Part shown: one piece after another, positions 35,480-48,200 of the stretch
Layout: every line of letters begins with the position of its first letter
Numbering within the stretch: position 1 is the first letter of the stretch
Assembly: GCA_964016885.1 (NCBI GenBank)
Contig: OZ024757.1
Span: forward strand, 27,218,001-27,282,000
Length of the DNA: 64,000 bases
Direction: 5' to 3'
From: Eledone cirrhosa
Lineage: Eukaryota
Position numbers and translations under genes: made by a program
The notes under the pieces: model-generated
What the model saw: the letters and a program-made list of their open reading frames with translations, nothing else
Databases searched by the model: none
What the model was told of the DNA's origin: nothing

Positions 35480-36070
35480 CTGGCTTGTTAATTCAAATGT
35501 TTAGAAGATCTTTAATAGTGGACAGATTGTTGTGAAAATTTGCAGTATTAAACTGAAGACTTTAATTTTTAATGTGATGCAGTCATAGCGCAGTTTTGTA
35601 ATTTTCAAGACATCCTGTAATGATTTAGCAGAAAATATCTAAAAACTAGTTTGTTGATTCAAATGTTTAGAACATCTTTACTGGTGGACAGATTGCTATG
35701 AAAATTTACAGTATTAAACTGAAGATTAATTTTCTTTCTCTTCTTGAAGAAGGAAAGAAAAGATAGGGATAGACACCGAGCAAGATGGTTGGTCACACTT
35801 GGGGATCCAGCCGGATCAGCTGGGGACAGTTGTTTCTGACAGGACCTGTTGGAAGGAGTGTTTGAGGACTCTGCTCCCGCGACTCTCTCAGGAATAATGT
35901 GGGTAAAGAAGAAGACTTTAATTTTTAATGTGTTGTAGTCATAGCGCTGTTTTGTAATTTTCAAGACATCCTGTAATGATTTAGCAGAAAATATCTAAAA
36001 ACTGATTTGTTAATTCAAATGTCTATAGTGCCTTTACTAGTGAACAGATCGTTGTCACATTTTGTAGTAT
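35480..36070 (+). repeat. About 167-bp tandem repeat (about 2.5 units) interrupted by a LINE 3' end
   Basis: TTGTTAATTCAAATGT...AAAATATCTAAAAACT recurs at about 35485, 35652 and 36007; relative at 60530-60670. Confidence 0.75.
35740..35915 (+). mobile_element. Short RTE/Expander-like 3' end with (GAA)n tail
   Basis: Translates ...VVSDRTCWKECLRTLLPRLSQE*. Inserted at GAAGA|CTTT of the 167-bp unit, compared with the uninterrupted unit at 35548. Confidence 0.6.
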
Positions 36071-36724
36071 TAGGGTAGACACCTGTATCTCCATACCACA
36101 CTTGTAACATACAAGAAGAAGAAAAGCAATACCAAAAAAAATGTAAAACCACCACTACCACCACCATTACTAACCACAAGTCTCCCAAGAATTAACAACA
36201 ACAACAACATACCAGACACTTCCTTAAAAAGATCTGTGGTGAGTGAGGAGAGGAGTAAAGTGAGATAACACAGCACCATTAAAACTGAACTGTACCAACT
36301 TGAACAAAGTAAATTACTAAATTATAGCCTTTACGCTCCACCATACTTTGTGTGTGTGTGTGCGCAAGTGTAGTGTGCGTGTGTGTCTCAGTATAATGTG
36401 TGCATATGTGCATAGAGTGTAATGTGTGTGTGTGCTACTTTCAGGTGTTCGAGGGAGTGTGTGGAGTGTTGGAAAGAGTGAGGGGTGGTCTGTCTTCCAT
36501 GATGATGGTGGTGGTGGTGTGGATGCTAGCGGGAGGGAGGGGTTATTTTTTTTCCAGTTTCTCTGTATTTTGTCTGTTAATTCAAACAGCACCCTCCACC
36601 CTCCCCATTCATGGTGGGGAGACCCTTCCCCCAATACCACCCCCACAACTGGCAATACTTCATCACCATTACAGTATTACACCACAGGATTGCCCTCCAC
36701 TCCGTTCATACCACCACCACCACC

Positions 36725-36755
<31 letters not shown>

Positions 36756-36999
36756 TTACTACTACTATAGATCAAAGGTAGGCATTTCATCTTGGAGAGC
36801 AAGACAGTGCACTTGACAAGTCATGTGTCTCTGTCGTCTTGTAGTAGTAGTAGTAGTATTATTAATAATAGCATTAGTGGTAATAGTAGTGTTAGTAGTA
36901 GTAGTGATAATAGTAGTGGTAGTAATAATGGTAGTAGTGGTGGTTGTAGTAGTCAGGTGGTGCACTAAGTTTCAATCAGTGCTGTACTACTGTCACCAT

Positions 37000-37031
<32 letters not shown>

Positions 37032-37119
37032 TTATGCAAGCTGCTAGGAGATGCGGCCAACACTGTTAGAAACAGCAGCCAAATAAAGAAGGACGCATTG
37101 AACAGCATAGTTAGTCCCT

Positions 37120-37266
37120 GATCATCATCATCATCATCATTTTACGTCCGCTTTTCCCTGCTTGCAAGGGTGGGACAGGTCCTATTCAGCATAGCATCTC
37201 TGCACTTGTCACGGTCCTTCGTCATCTCCACTGTGAGCTTCAGTGGAGATGACGAAGGACCGTGAC
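37120..37266 (-). mobile_element. RTE-B 3' end with fold-back at its 5' junction
   Basis: (CAT)n + RTE-B tail; 37208-37233 is inverted at 37241-37266. Confidence 0.8.
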
Positions 37267-37282
37267 TCCTCCTCTCTTGTAT

Positions 37283-38295
37283 ACAGTCCACGCTGTAAAT
37301 GTGGCCGTATAGGCAACACGGTAAAAACCTCCCAGCCCCACACTGTAAATGTGGTTGGTGTTAGGAAGGGCATCCAGCTGTAGAAAACCCGCCAGACAGT
37401 CCACGCTGTAATGTGGCCGTGTAGGCAACACGGTAAAAACCTCCCAGCCCCACACTGTAAATGTGGTTGGTGTTAGGAAGGGCATCCAGCTGTAGAAAAC
37501 CCGCCAGACAGTCCACGCTGTAATGTGGCCGTGTAGGCAACACGGTAAAAACCTCCCAGCCCCACACTGTAAATGTGGTTGGTGTTAGGAAGGGCATCCA
37601 GATGTAGAAAACCCGCCAGACAGTCCACGCTGTAATGTGGCCGTGTAGGCAACACGGTAAAAACCTCCCAGCCCCACACTGTAAATGTGGTTGGTGTTAG
37701 GAAGGGCATCCAGCTGTAGAAAACCCGCCAGACAGTCCACGCTGTAATGTGGCCGTGTAGGCAACACGGTAAAAACCTCCCAGCCCCACACTGTAAATGT
37801 GGTTGGTGTTAGGAAGGGCATCCAGATGTAGAAAACCCGCCAGACAGTCCACGCTGTAATGTGGCCGTGTAGGCAACACGGTAAAAACCTCCCAGCCCCA
37901 CACTGTAAATGTGGTTGGTGTTAGGAAGGGCATCCAGCTGTACAAAACCTGCCAGACAGTCCATGCTGTAATGTGGCCATGTAGGCAACATGGTAAAAAC
38001 CTCCCAGCCCCACACTGTAAATGTGGTTGGTGTTAGGAAGGGCATCCAGCTGTACAAAACCTGCCAGACAGTCCACGCTGTAATGTGGCCATGTAGGCAA
38101 CATGGTAAAAACCTCCCAGCCCCACACTGTAAATGTGGTTGGTGTTAGGAAGGGCATCCAACTGTAGAAAACCCGCCAGACAGTCCTATGCGAGCAAGAC
38201 AACCACTCTTGCCTCAAGTGGGAAAACCCCCGTCCAAACCCATGCAAGCGTGGAACACGGACGCTAAACCTGATGATGATGATGATGATGATGAT
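37283..38295 (+). repeat. 8 x 112-bp tandem array of RTE-A 3' UTR, ending in the normal RTE 3' terminus
   Basis: Units start ACAGTCC at 37283, 37396, 37508, 37620, 37732, 37844, 37956 and 38068; a final ACAGTCC at 38180 continues to (GAT)n. Confidence 0.95.
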
Positions 38296-38719
38296 GACAC
38301 CAGGTCCGAACACAAAAAAAAAACAAACCAAACAAACTCCCACTGTCACTGCCTCCGTCTCTCGCTCCCCCATCTCTCACTATTGTGAGCAAATGGGGGC
38401 CCACACGCTGCCTGTCCCGTGGCCCTGGTGGACAGAATAGAGAAGGCATTTCCCCTGGAGGATGGTGAGGGAGATGCACTGGGTTGAGGTGTGGTGAGAC
38501 TAAGCAACAACAACAACTACTACTACTACTTTATAGTTGTGCTACTTCACTTCCAAACTGAGAGAAACTGAGAGAAAGAAATAGAAAGTGAGGGAGAGAG
38601 AGAGAGAGGAGGGAGGGGGGGTTGAGTATCTATCAAATGTGCGACCGGATGAATGTATCATCATCATCATCATCATCATCATCTTCGTTTAACGTCCATT
38701 TTCCACGCTAGCATGGGTT

Positions 38720-39332
38720 ATGTTGAGAGTAACTCCACTACATAGTACTTCTCCCACTCCCATCCCTCAGCTCTAGATATTGAGTGTGTCTGTCTGTCAA
38801 GTGCAACTCTAGTAAGTACAAAGTAGTACTGCTCACATCCGCCCTCTACTTAGGATGTTGAGTGTATGTCAAGTGTAACTCCCACCATCCCACTGCCCGG
38901 GAGGGTGAGAGTGTCTGTCGAGTGTAACTCTAGTATGAAGTAATACCCCACTCATCCACCCACCCTCTGCTTTGGAGAATGAAAGTATGTTGAGTGTAAC
39001 TCCAGTACAAAGTAATGTTCTAACCTCCACTCAGCTCAGTTCAGGAGGGTGAGTGTATGTCAAGTGCAACTCCAGTAGAAAGCAATACTCTCACCTTCAT
39101 TCTGCTCAGAATGTTGAGTGTATGTCAAGTGTAACTCCAGTACAAAGTACTCAAAATACTAGTCCCCCCACCCCTCTGTACTAACCTCCTTCCTTAGCTC
39201 AAAAAGGAGAGTGTATGTTAAGTGTAACTCCAGTACAAAGTAATACCCTCACACCCTTCCTGGAAGGCGAGTGTAACTCCAGTACAAAGTACTCAAAATA
39301 CCAGTTTCTCCCTCCCCTCCTCTGTACTAACA
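38720..39332 (+). repeat. Degenerate array: about 34-bp conserved motif x about 9 with variable C-rich spacers
   Basis: Consensus GAGTGTATGTCAAGTGTAACTCCAGTACAAAGTA. Confidence 0.8.
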
Positions 39333-39948
39333 ACAGTCTATATTAGTGTTTATGGCAGCAGTTATTACTAGTTGTCAGCTCTTTTAACACAACAGACATA
39401 TCATTTGTCATCAATACACCAAAGACACACACATATCTACATATAGAAACACACACCTTTACATACGCACACACATTTACATATACACACAGTACATACA
39501 CAGACAAACATTACATTTCACAAACACACATACACACACACAAACACACACCTTTACATGTCTATATGCAAAAAGTAACTAAAAGGCTGTCATTGATGTG
39601 TTTAAGTTTACTTCTGATGTATATTACCGATGGAAACTGAAAACCGGTGTTATCAACAAAAAGTCCCTTTAGATATTTGTTAAACACCAGTTACTTGACA
39701 AGAGAAAATTCATTATCACATTACAATACATCACTAGAACACTACAACACACTACCAAAGTACAACACACAACCACAATACATTACCCCAATATTACACA
39801 ACACGTTACTACAATATTACACAACACATTACTACAATATTATACAACACACGACCACAATATTACACTACACGTAACTACAATATTACACAACACACTA
39901 CCACAACAATTACACAGCACACTACCACATAGACCTGTACTTCTATAC

Positions 39949-40261
39949 CAGGTATGGGCAAGCTTTTTTAATATAGGGCCACATTATCACATTACAATAC
40001 ACCACCACACTACCACAAAACACTACATCACATTACCACAAGACACTACCACAATATTACACAATACACTACCACATACACCTGTACATCTATACAAAGC
40101 ACGGGCAACCTTTTTTGAGCAATGAATCACATAGGATGTGGCTCATCATAAAGTCGACTGAACTACTAAAAAATTTCAAGGTAATTTTGAAATTAGGCAT
40201 GCCATTCAGAAAACCAAACGGGCCCACACGTGGTTCAGAGGCCACAGTTTGCCCATGACTG
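39949..40261 (+). mobile_element. hAT-like MITE remnants
   Basis: CAGGTATGGGCAA ... TTTGCCCATGACTG; same ends as 61696-61965. Confidence 0.55.
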
Positions 40262-42394
40262 GTTCATACTAAACCTTTGAAATAAACATTGATAAAACAA
40301 AAATAATGGTTTCTTATATAGGCACAAGGCCAGCAATTTTGAGGGAGGGGAAAATCAATTAAATCGACCCCAGTACCTTACTGGTGCTTTATTTTATCGA
40401 CTCCGTAAGGATGACAGGCAAAGCTAACCTTGGCGAGATTTAAACTCAGAACATAAAGTGCCATAACTCTATGCCGCTAAATATGTTGTCTGAAATAATT
40501 CCAAACAAAACTCAGGTGTGGTGATGAGGAGACTTGCATGCATGGGTGATTGCTGGTCTTCCAGCCAAAGAATATATGCAGGTTATTACATATATGAGCA
40601 GAAGTCGCTGTGTGGTTAAGGTGTCTATTTTGCAACCAGGTGGTCTTATGTTCATTCCTGCTGCATGACACCTTAGTTAAGTGTCTTCTACTATAGCCTT
40701 CTCAATGAAATTTGTCTTTCATCCTTTCAAAGTCGATAAAAAGAGTTGGGATTGATGTTTCCTCTCTCTCTCTTCTCTTGGAAAAATTCGCTGTGTTCAG
40801 ACATGGAGAAGAGATGGGCTCTGCCTGGTTTTAGAAATGCCCCCAAAATGCAGTATGTCAATACAAAGTCCCTACAACTCCATTAGGAGTTATGGGTCCA
40901 TATACAGACATACATAAACATATGGTATAGGCCTTCTGAGATACACCTCTGTTATGAATCACACTATGTTAGTGCCTATGATAAATATCTCACCTATGTA
41001 TACAATATATTTCTCTTCCCACATTTAGCTAACTACCAGACAGATTCGTGAGAACCCTGGTTGAATTTAACTTTTATATAATTTAAGTAAAAAACAAAAC
41101 AATATATAATAGCATGAGTGAAATTCTCTTAGGTTAGACGACAGCAACCCTGTTGTTCTGTGATGATGTACCAACACCATAACTAACACAATAACCAATA
41201 CCACCACTACAACCACAACTAACACCAACACCATAACAAATACCACCACTAACACTACAACCAACACTACACCAACACCACAACTAACACCAACACCATA
41301 ACCAATACCATCACTAACACTACACCACATCTAACACCAACACAATAACCAATACCACCACTAACACTACAACCAACACAACACCAACACCACACCACAA
41401 CTAACACCAACATCACAACTAACATCAACACTGCAACCAACACTACAATGAACACCACATCTACAACTAACACCAATACTACCAATAACACTTGCTGATT
41501 CATATACCTTTACTGTAACCAGAGTGTTGTGGATGCTTCTCTACATGGCACCAACTTAAATCTAGAAGTGGGAGGGATCTAGGGGGTAGGGGGGGTCAGT
41601 ATTAACATGTGGATTGGGGGGGGGGGGTAGTAGTAACTAACTTTGTCTGCAGGACACTAATCTGTTGAGAGGACAAACTATAACAATTACATATAGACAT
41701 AATGCATACACACATACATACAGGCAAATATACATGCATACATATATGCACACATACGTATGTAGAGAGAGAGGCATAGAAGCACATAGAGACACATAAA
41801 TACATAAATCCACATAAATATACATACATCCACAAACATACATACCTACAGCCACATAGATATACATACTTCCATATAGACATATATACATCTACATATA
41901 CATATATACATCCACACAGACATCTATATAGACCTACATACATACATATAGATATACATACATGCACATAGGCATATATTCTGGCACCTGCATCTGTGTG
42001 GTGGTGAGGGGAAGTATATTTCAACACTGACAAAAATTAATATCTTTACCTAAAACAGAACAGTTCCTGCCCCCACATCACCCTTCATCACACTCCCACT
42101 TGCCAATACAGCAATGAATGACAAGGTATTGAAATGTTTCTGAGTTGTGTGAGAGTCACACACACTACACACACACACACATTCATGCACACACAGACAC
42201 GTGCATGCATGCATACACACATTCACATGCTCACACACTCATGTAAAGCTGATCCACAGAAAGACCAGAACCAACAACATAAAGGTATTGAGTTCTATTT
42301 GCTAGCCGAGTAAAGAGGAGTGGATTGAAAAAGAGGCAGGGTGGTGGTGGTAATGGTGGCAGTGGTGAAAGAAACAGCCGCCATGCTGAATAGA

Positions 42395-42430
<36 letters not shown>

Positions 42431-42679
42431 ACCATAATTCCATATAATTCTATTGTAATATTTCAGGTGTTGTACTTGTCTGGCAAGTGACTTGAAGTGA
42501 GATCGTGTTGAATGTGTTGAAATTAAAACAATTACATATTAAATATATAACAAAAAAAAAAAAGACATAAAAAACAAATGATAAATATAAAGTAAAGTAA
42601 AGTTTTTTTGTGTTATTAAATGGTTAAAATGGCTGTAATTTCTATTATAATGTAATAATATATTATTATATATATAACA

Positions 42680-42922
42680 TTCTTTGTCTCTGTCTGTCTG
42701 TCTTTTCCTTATGTATTTCAAAACAGCTTGACCAAATCAAATCAAATTTTACAAGGTATTAGAACCCGAGAGTAACAACATATAATTTTTATTTTCATTT
42801 GGATGAAAGCAATATAACACTTTATCTAAAATAATCTACTATAGATAACTTATATATGACTGTACGTGTCTGTCTTCTCTTTTCATCTGTTTACCCGGGC
42901 AAAGTTGGGTACATCAGCTAGT
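42680..42922 (+). mobile_element. Non-autonomous Helitron-like element
   Basis: Internal (GTCT)n; 3' hairpin ACCCGG-GCAAAG-TTGGGT followed by CTAG|T. Confidence 0.55.
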
Positions 42923-43429
42923 ATATTATATAACTCTATTTTCTCTTCTCATTAACTCTTTCATTATCATATTTCTAATGAAAAATACTGCCAAATGATT
43001 TCGAAAATAATCAAGGAGGGATTTAGTAATATTTAATTGGTACTTAGGGCATAACTTAAAAAAGGTTCTTACAGAAAATTATGATGGAATTTAGATGAAT
43101 ATAAAATACTTTTAACTCTTTAGCATTTAAACCGGCAATAATTCTCTCACCTCTTTCTATTTAAACCGGCTGTAACTGGCCACTCATACCAACATTAAGG
43201 TATTATTCTCAAAATAAATAATATCAAAATCTCATAGATTCGATAGTATGTGTGATATTTATGTGAAGTAAAACCTTTACCAAGTAAATACAATAGTAAA
43301 TATAGGGTAATGTAAATGCTAAAGGGTTAAATAAACAACTTTATACCAGAGAACTAAGGGCAGTTTGGTATCAGATGGATCTATACTCTGCTGCTGTTGC
43401 TCGTTAGCTTGCCACTCTAGCTAACATGT

Positions 43430-43770
43430 CTCACTAAACCATCTCTCCAAAGACTCTTTGGAGGAACCCCATTTTGTCCGCTTGTATTCGCGATCATATT
43501 TTTTCAGTCATTACTCAAGATTCATGAAGGTTGGCATGAATATTGAATTGAAGATAGAGAGTTTGGTTTTTAAGCCTACATCCCTTCTTCTGATTACTGG
43601 ATGCTGAAGCTGGCGCATAACTGCACCAGCTCCTGCAATTCTGGCACTTAATTCAGCCTCATGCCTTCCATTACTCCTGAACATAGCTCCAAGATACTTG
43701 AACTTCTCTACCTGCTTCAGTGGAACTCTATTTACATGTAGAGTGCACTGCGCAGGCTTCCTTGAGAAGA
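43430..43770 (-). pseudogene. Old RTE (Expander-like) RT C-terminal fragment without PHD insert
   Basis: Minus: SRKPAQCTLHVNRVPLKQVEKFKYLGAMFRSNGRHEAELSARIAGAGAVMRQL...KTKLSIFNSIF. Confidence 0.75.
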
Positions 43771-44455
43771 GTTTATGTATTTCTCCTTAGATTGGAAAAA
43801 AATGAAATTAATATGCATTACAAATATAGCATTTGTAGTGATTTGAGAAAAAACAAACAAAAGTATGCTGTAATCCAGGAATTATATCAAATATTATTTT
43901 AATATAAATCCTATCATATTTGAGGGGTGCTACCTAGTATATGTGTATATATCATCATCATTTTAAGCCTGCTTTTCCATGCTTACACACACACACATAT
44001 ATATATATATATAATTGTTTATACTTTTGGCACAAGGCCAGCAATTATCCCAGTACATTACTGGTACTTTATTTTATCGACCCCGTAAGGATGAAAGGCA
44101 AAGTTAACCTCGGCGGGATTTGAACTCAGAATGGCAAGGTCCGTAACTCTATGCATCAAAGCATTGCGTCCGACCCTCTACCGATACTGCCAATCCACCG
44201 CCCCTAATATATATATATATATATATATATAATGAAATGTAGTTTGCTTGAAGCACTGTATATAATATATTATATAATGTGGAAAGTGATATATGCCTAA
44301 ACAAGGCAAAATGGATGGTAAGATGAAGGTAAGGAAACATTTAGTTACCTGGCAAAAAAACAAAGAGTACCAGGTAAGTAAACTTTTCGTTACCTTCATC
44401 TGATCGGCCATTTTGCCTTGTTTAGTCTTAAATCACTTTCCACATTATATAATAT

Positions 44456-44523
<68 letters not shown>

Positions 44524-44674
44524 GTATATACATACATATACATATGTGCATGTATGTGTGTGTGTGCATGCCTCAGTGTAAGTGCATGTACACAAACACA
44601 CAAACACAAATGTAAAAAAAAATTGAAAAGTCTGGCTTTTTAGTAAATGAGATATACCTTTAATGATATATAGA

Positions 44675-44846
44675 TATCATGTGATGCACATGGAGGATGA
44701 CCGCTGGGTAAAGAAGTGCCAAGAAATCCCAGTAGAAGGAAGACGCAGTAGAAGAAGACCGTGACAAGTGGAGAGATGGTGTGTTGAATAGAACCCGTCC
44801 CACCATGGCAAGCAGGGAAAAGCGGACGTAAAATGATGATGATGAT
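44675..44846 (+). mobile_element. RTE-B 3' fragment with internal deletion
   Basis: CATGTGATGCACATGGAGGATGAC...ACCCGTCCCACC...GGACGTAAAAT(GAT)n. Confidence 0.85.
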
Positions 44847-44997
44847 GCAACATCGTCAGTGGTGCTATTATGTTTCCTCCTGTTGTATTGTATGCCTACG
44901 CCATCTTTCGAAGATGCTGTAGGCATACAATACAACGGGAGGAAACATAATAGCACCACTGACGATGTTGCAGATGTGCAACGAAAGAACTTTGTTA
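44846..44997 (+). ncRNA. About 62-bp-arm palindrome running into a hammerhead motif (44953-44996)
   Basis: Arms 44846-44908 and 44910-44972. CACCA-CTGACGA-tGTTGCA-GATG-TGCAAC-GAAA-GAAC-TT-TGTT. Confidence 0.65.
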
Positions 44998-45191
44998 GAC
45001 TATATATATGTATTTGTGTCTATATTATATCTGTATTTTTGACCGTTGGTCAGTCAATGGTAACATTGAGGACCGAATAAATTAAATTAACCGATATAAA
45101 AGACAGAGAAGTGAAAACCAACCAAATAGTGAGTGTGTTCTGTTATTAATTCTGGCAATATTATTACACAAATATGACCCTCCCCAAGTAT

Positions 45192-45260
<69 letters not shown>

Positions 45261-48200
45261 TATATACATATATATATATATATACATATATATATACATA
45301 CATACATACACACACACACACATCTTAGTATCTGTATATTCTGAATTCTTCCTTCACTTGTCATTGCTTTCACACAGACTTTTGTCATAACACTAATTAA
45401 TTTTTAATTAGTTATAGTACACTCTCAGTGAAAAATACTTCATTGTGACAAATTAAGATGTGCCCTGTGAAGTACATGTGTCTATTTTATACAAATATCT
45501 ATATATACAGTATGTATTACACACATACATTATACATTACTTTCATAAGATACTTCTTCCATATAATGTATTCTATATAAAGTACACATATGCACACATA
45601 CACTTACAGACAAACACTCCTGAAACAAAATAAAAAATAAACTTGTATATTGTATGTGTGAGTGTGTGCATGCATATTTATGTCTATATGTTTAGTTACT
45701 TATATGTGTATGTATGATTGCGTTTTTGTGTGTGCATGAGCCTCTACATATGTGTGAATGTATGCTTATTAATCTATGTGTATATGTGTATGCATATGTG
45801 TTTGTGTTTCTTTGTTTATGTATATGTGTATGAGGTTTAATGCATGTATATGTTTTTATGTGTATGTATATGTATGTAAGTATATGTGTCTAGTGTGTCT
45901 GTACATGTTTATGTAAATGTGTATGTATAGATGTCTATATGTATGAAAGTGTGTATGGATGTATATGTGTATGCATAGGTGTCTATATGTATGAAAGTGT
46001 ATGTATGTGTATGGGTGTATATGTATCAATGTAAGCATATATATATATATCTATATATATATGCATGTATATATATCTATGTATATGTGTCTATGTATAA
46101 GTGTCTATATCCATCAAAGTGTATATATATATATATGGGTGTATATGTATTAATGTGTCTATGTATGTATTGTATATATATGTGTGTGAAACCTGAACAA
46201 AAATCAGAATAAACCAGCAACTAACAACCCTTTCTGAGTTCAAATCCTACTGAAGTCAACTTTGTCTGTCTTCTCTCTGAGATAAAATAAAGTACCAACC
46301 ATTACAGGACGGTTTAGGGGTGGAATTATATGAGCACTAGAATTCTTTTCAACATGTGTATGTGTATATGTGTGTTCGAGTGTATATGTGCATATACATA
46401 CATTTATATGAATGAGTGTATAAATATAAACACGCAAACATAGACACACTTACAGACAAATACACATACACATACATTGTGTGATGGGCAGAAGTCGCTC
46501 AAATTTATATATAAATTGGACAAGAACCCTTGTGTTATTTGTTCAGGCTCTTTGTATTTATTTTGAGCTCAAATCCTGCAGAGGTTTTCTTAGGTAGAAA
46601 GGCATAATCTGTCACCTGGTGTAATAAAACTCCTAAATAACCATTGGGTGCCTGAGCAGAGTCCACTCTGTTGCAAGCACTCAGTCAAGGTCTCACCTTT
46701 GAAGATAGTTTCCTCCTTTCCTATCTCTCTCATCGGCCTCAGAGGTCATAGAAAGGGCTATGAACACTGCCCTTCCCTCATTAAATAGTAAGCCAAAAAA
46801 ATTATAAACAAATAAATTAACACTAACCCAACCAACTCCCCTCCTATCCAACCATTTACCCAACCAGCCTATCACCCAACTAACCAGCCAACCACATACA
46901 TCAATCAATCAACCAACCAACCAGCTATTCACCTAACCAACCATCCAACCATTCACTCACCCAATCAACCACCTAACCAGCCAACCATCTAGCTATCCAA
47001 CCAACCAACCAACCACCCAACCAGCTACCCACCATCCAACCAACCACCCAACATGACAGTAGGTCTGTTATGTGATCTAACCATTGTTGATACACACCAT
47101 TCATATATGAAACTCTACTCACTACTGCCCTACTAACTTTACATCAGCCTTATGTTTCACACACACCCATACACACAGAGGCACAAACACATTCACACAC
47201 ACACACACAGACATGTATACACATTCAAACACACACAGGCACGTAAACACAGAAGCACAAACACATACACACAGACACGTACGCACAGAGGCATGTAAAC
47301 ATATTCACACACACTGAGACATGTACACACACTCAGAGGCACATACACAGAGAGACATATACACACACTCAAAAATACACAGAGGCATGTACACACAGAA
47401 GAGACATATACACACACTCAGAAACACACATAAGCACGTACACACACAGGCATATGCACACATCATCATCATCATCATCATCATTTCATTTTACGTCCGC
47501 TTTTTCCCTGCTTGCAAGGGTGGGATGGGAACTGATTCTGGCACACAGAGGCATGTAAACACTCACACACACACAAATACATCCTGATGCACACATACAC
47601 AGAAGTATAGACACATACACACACATGCAAACAGATACAAACCATATAGACACACACTCATACACATACATAGCCACATTCCCATACAGATACACACCTA
47701 TATGCTTCTATACATACACAACATGATTGTTTATTCAACTATTTTGTTTTTAGTGTTTTGGTTGTAGTTGTTGTTTATCACCTCCCTCCCTCTCTTCCCT
47801 CACTCCCATCACTTCTCCCTTGTTATTTTCGAGACATAGTCTTACAGCCAGATGCCCTTCCTGACACCAACCCTTTTAGTTACATCGCCTCACATACGGT
47901 ATACCCACCAGTCATAAAAAGCATGCCAAATATGGAACATATGAGCAATGTGGTTTGATCTGACCTGTCTGGAATTAGTCTTAAATCATGTCAATCTGTC
48001 CTACATCATCATGTCCACATTTCCATGTCAGCATGGGTTGGACTGGGACATTCTGAGCCAATGTTTTGCAGCCAGATGCCCATCCTAACAATAATCCCTT
48101 TTAGTTGCTTCCCACAATGTGCAGGGAGACAATGTACCTATTCTAAATTGGATACACCAAAGAAATCCTTACAGAGGATTTTGGTGATCCCTGGAAAATA

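Noticed and set aside
37283-38187. CRISPR array
   Set aside because: Units are near-identical end to end with no unique spacers, derive from the RTE 3' UTR, and there are no cas genes in this eukaryotic context.
38720-39332. True CRISPR array
   Set aside because: Repeats are degenerate, spacer lengths are irregular and partly homologous, and there are no cas genes or leader. Kept only as an unusual repeat.
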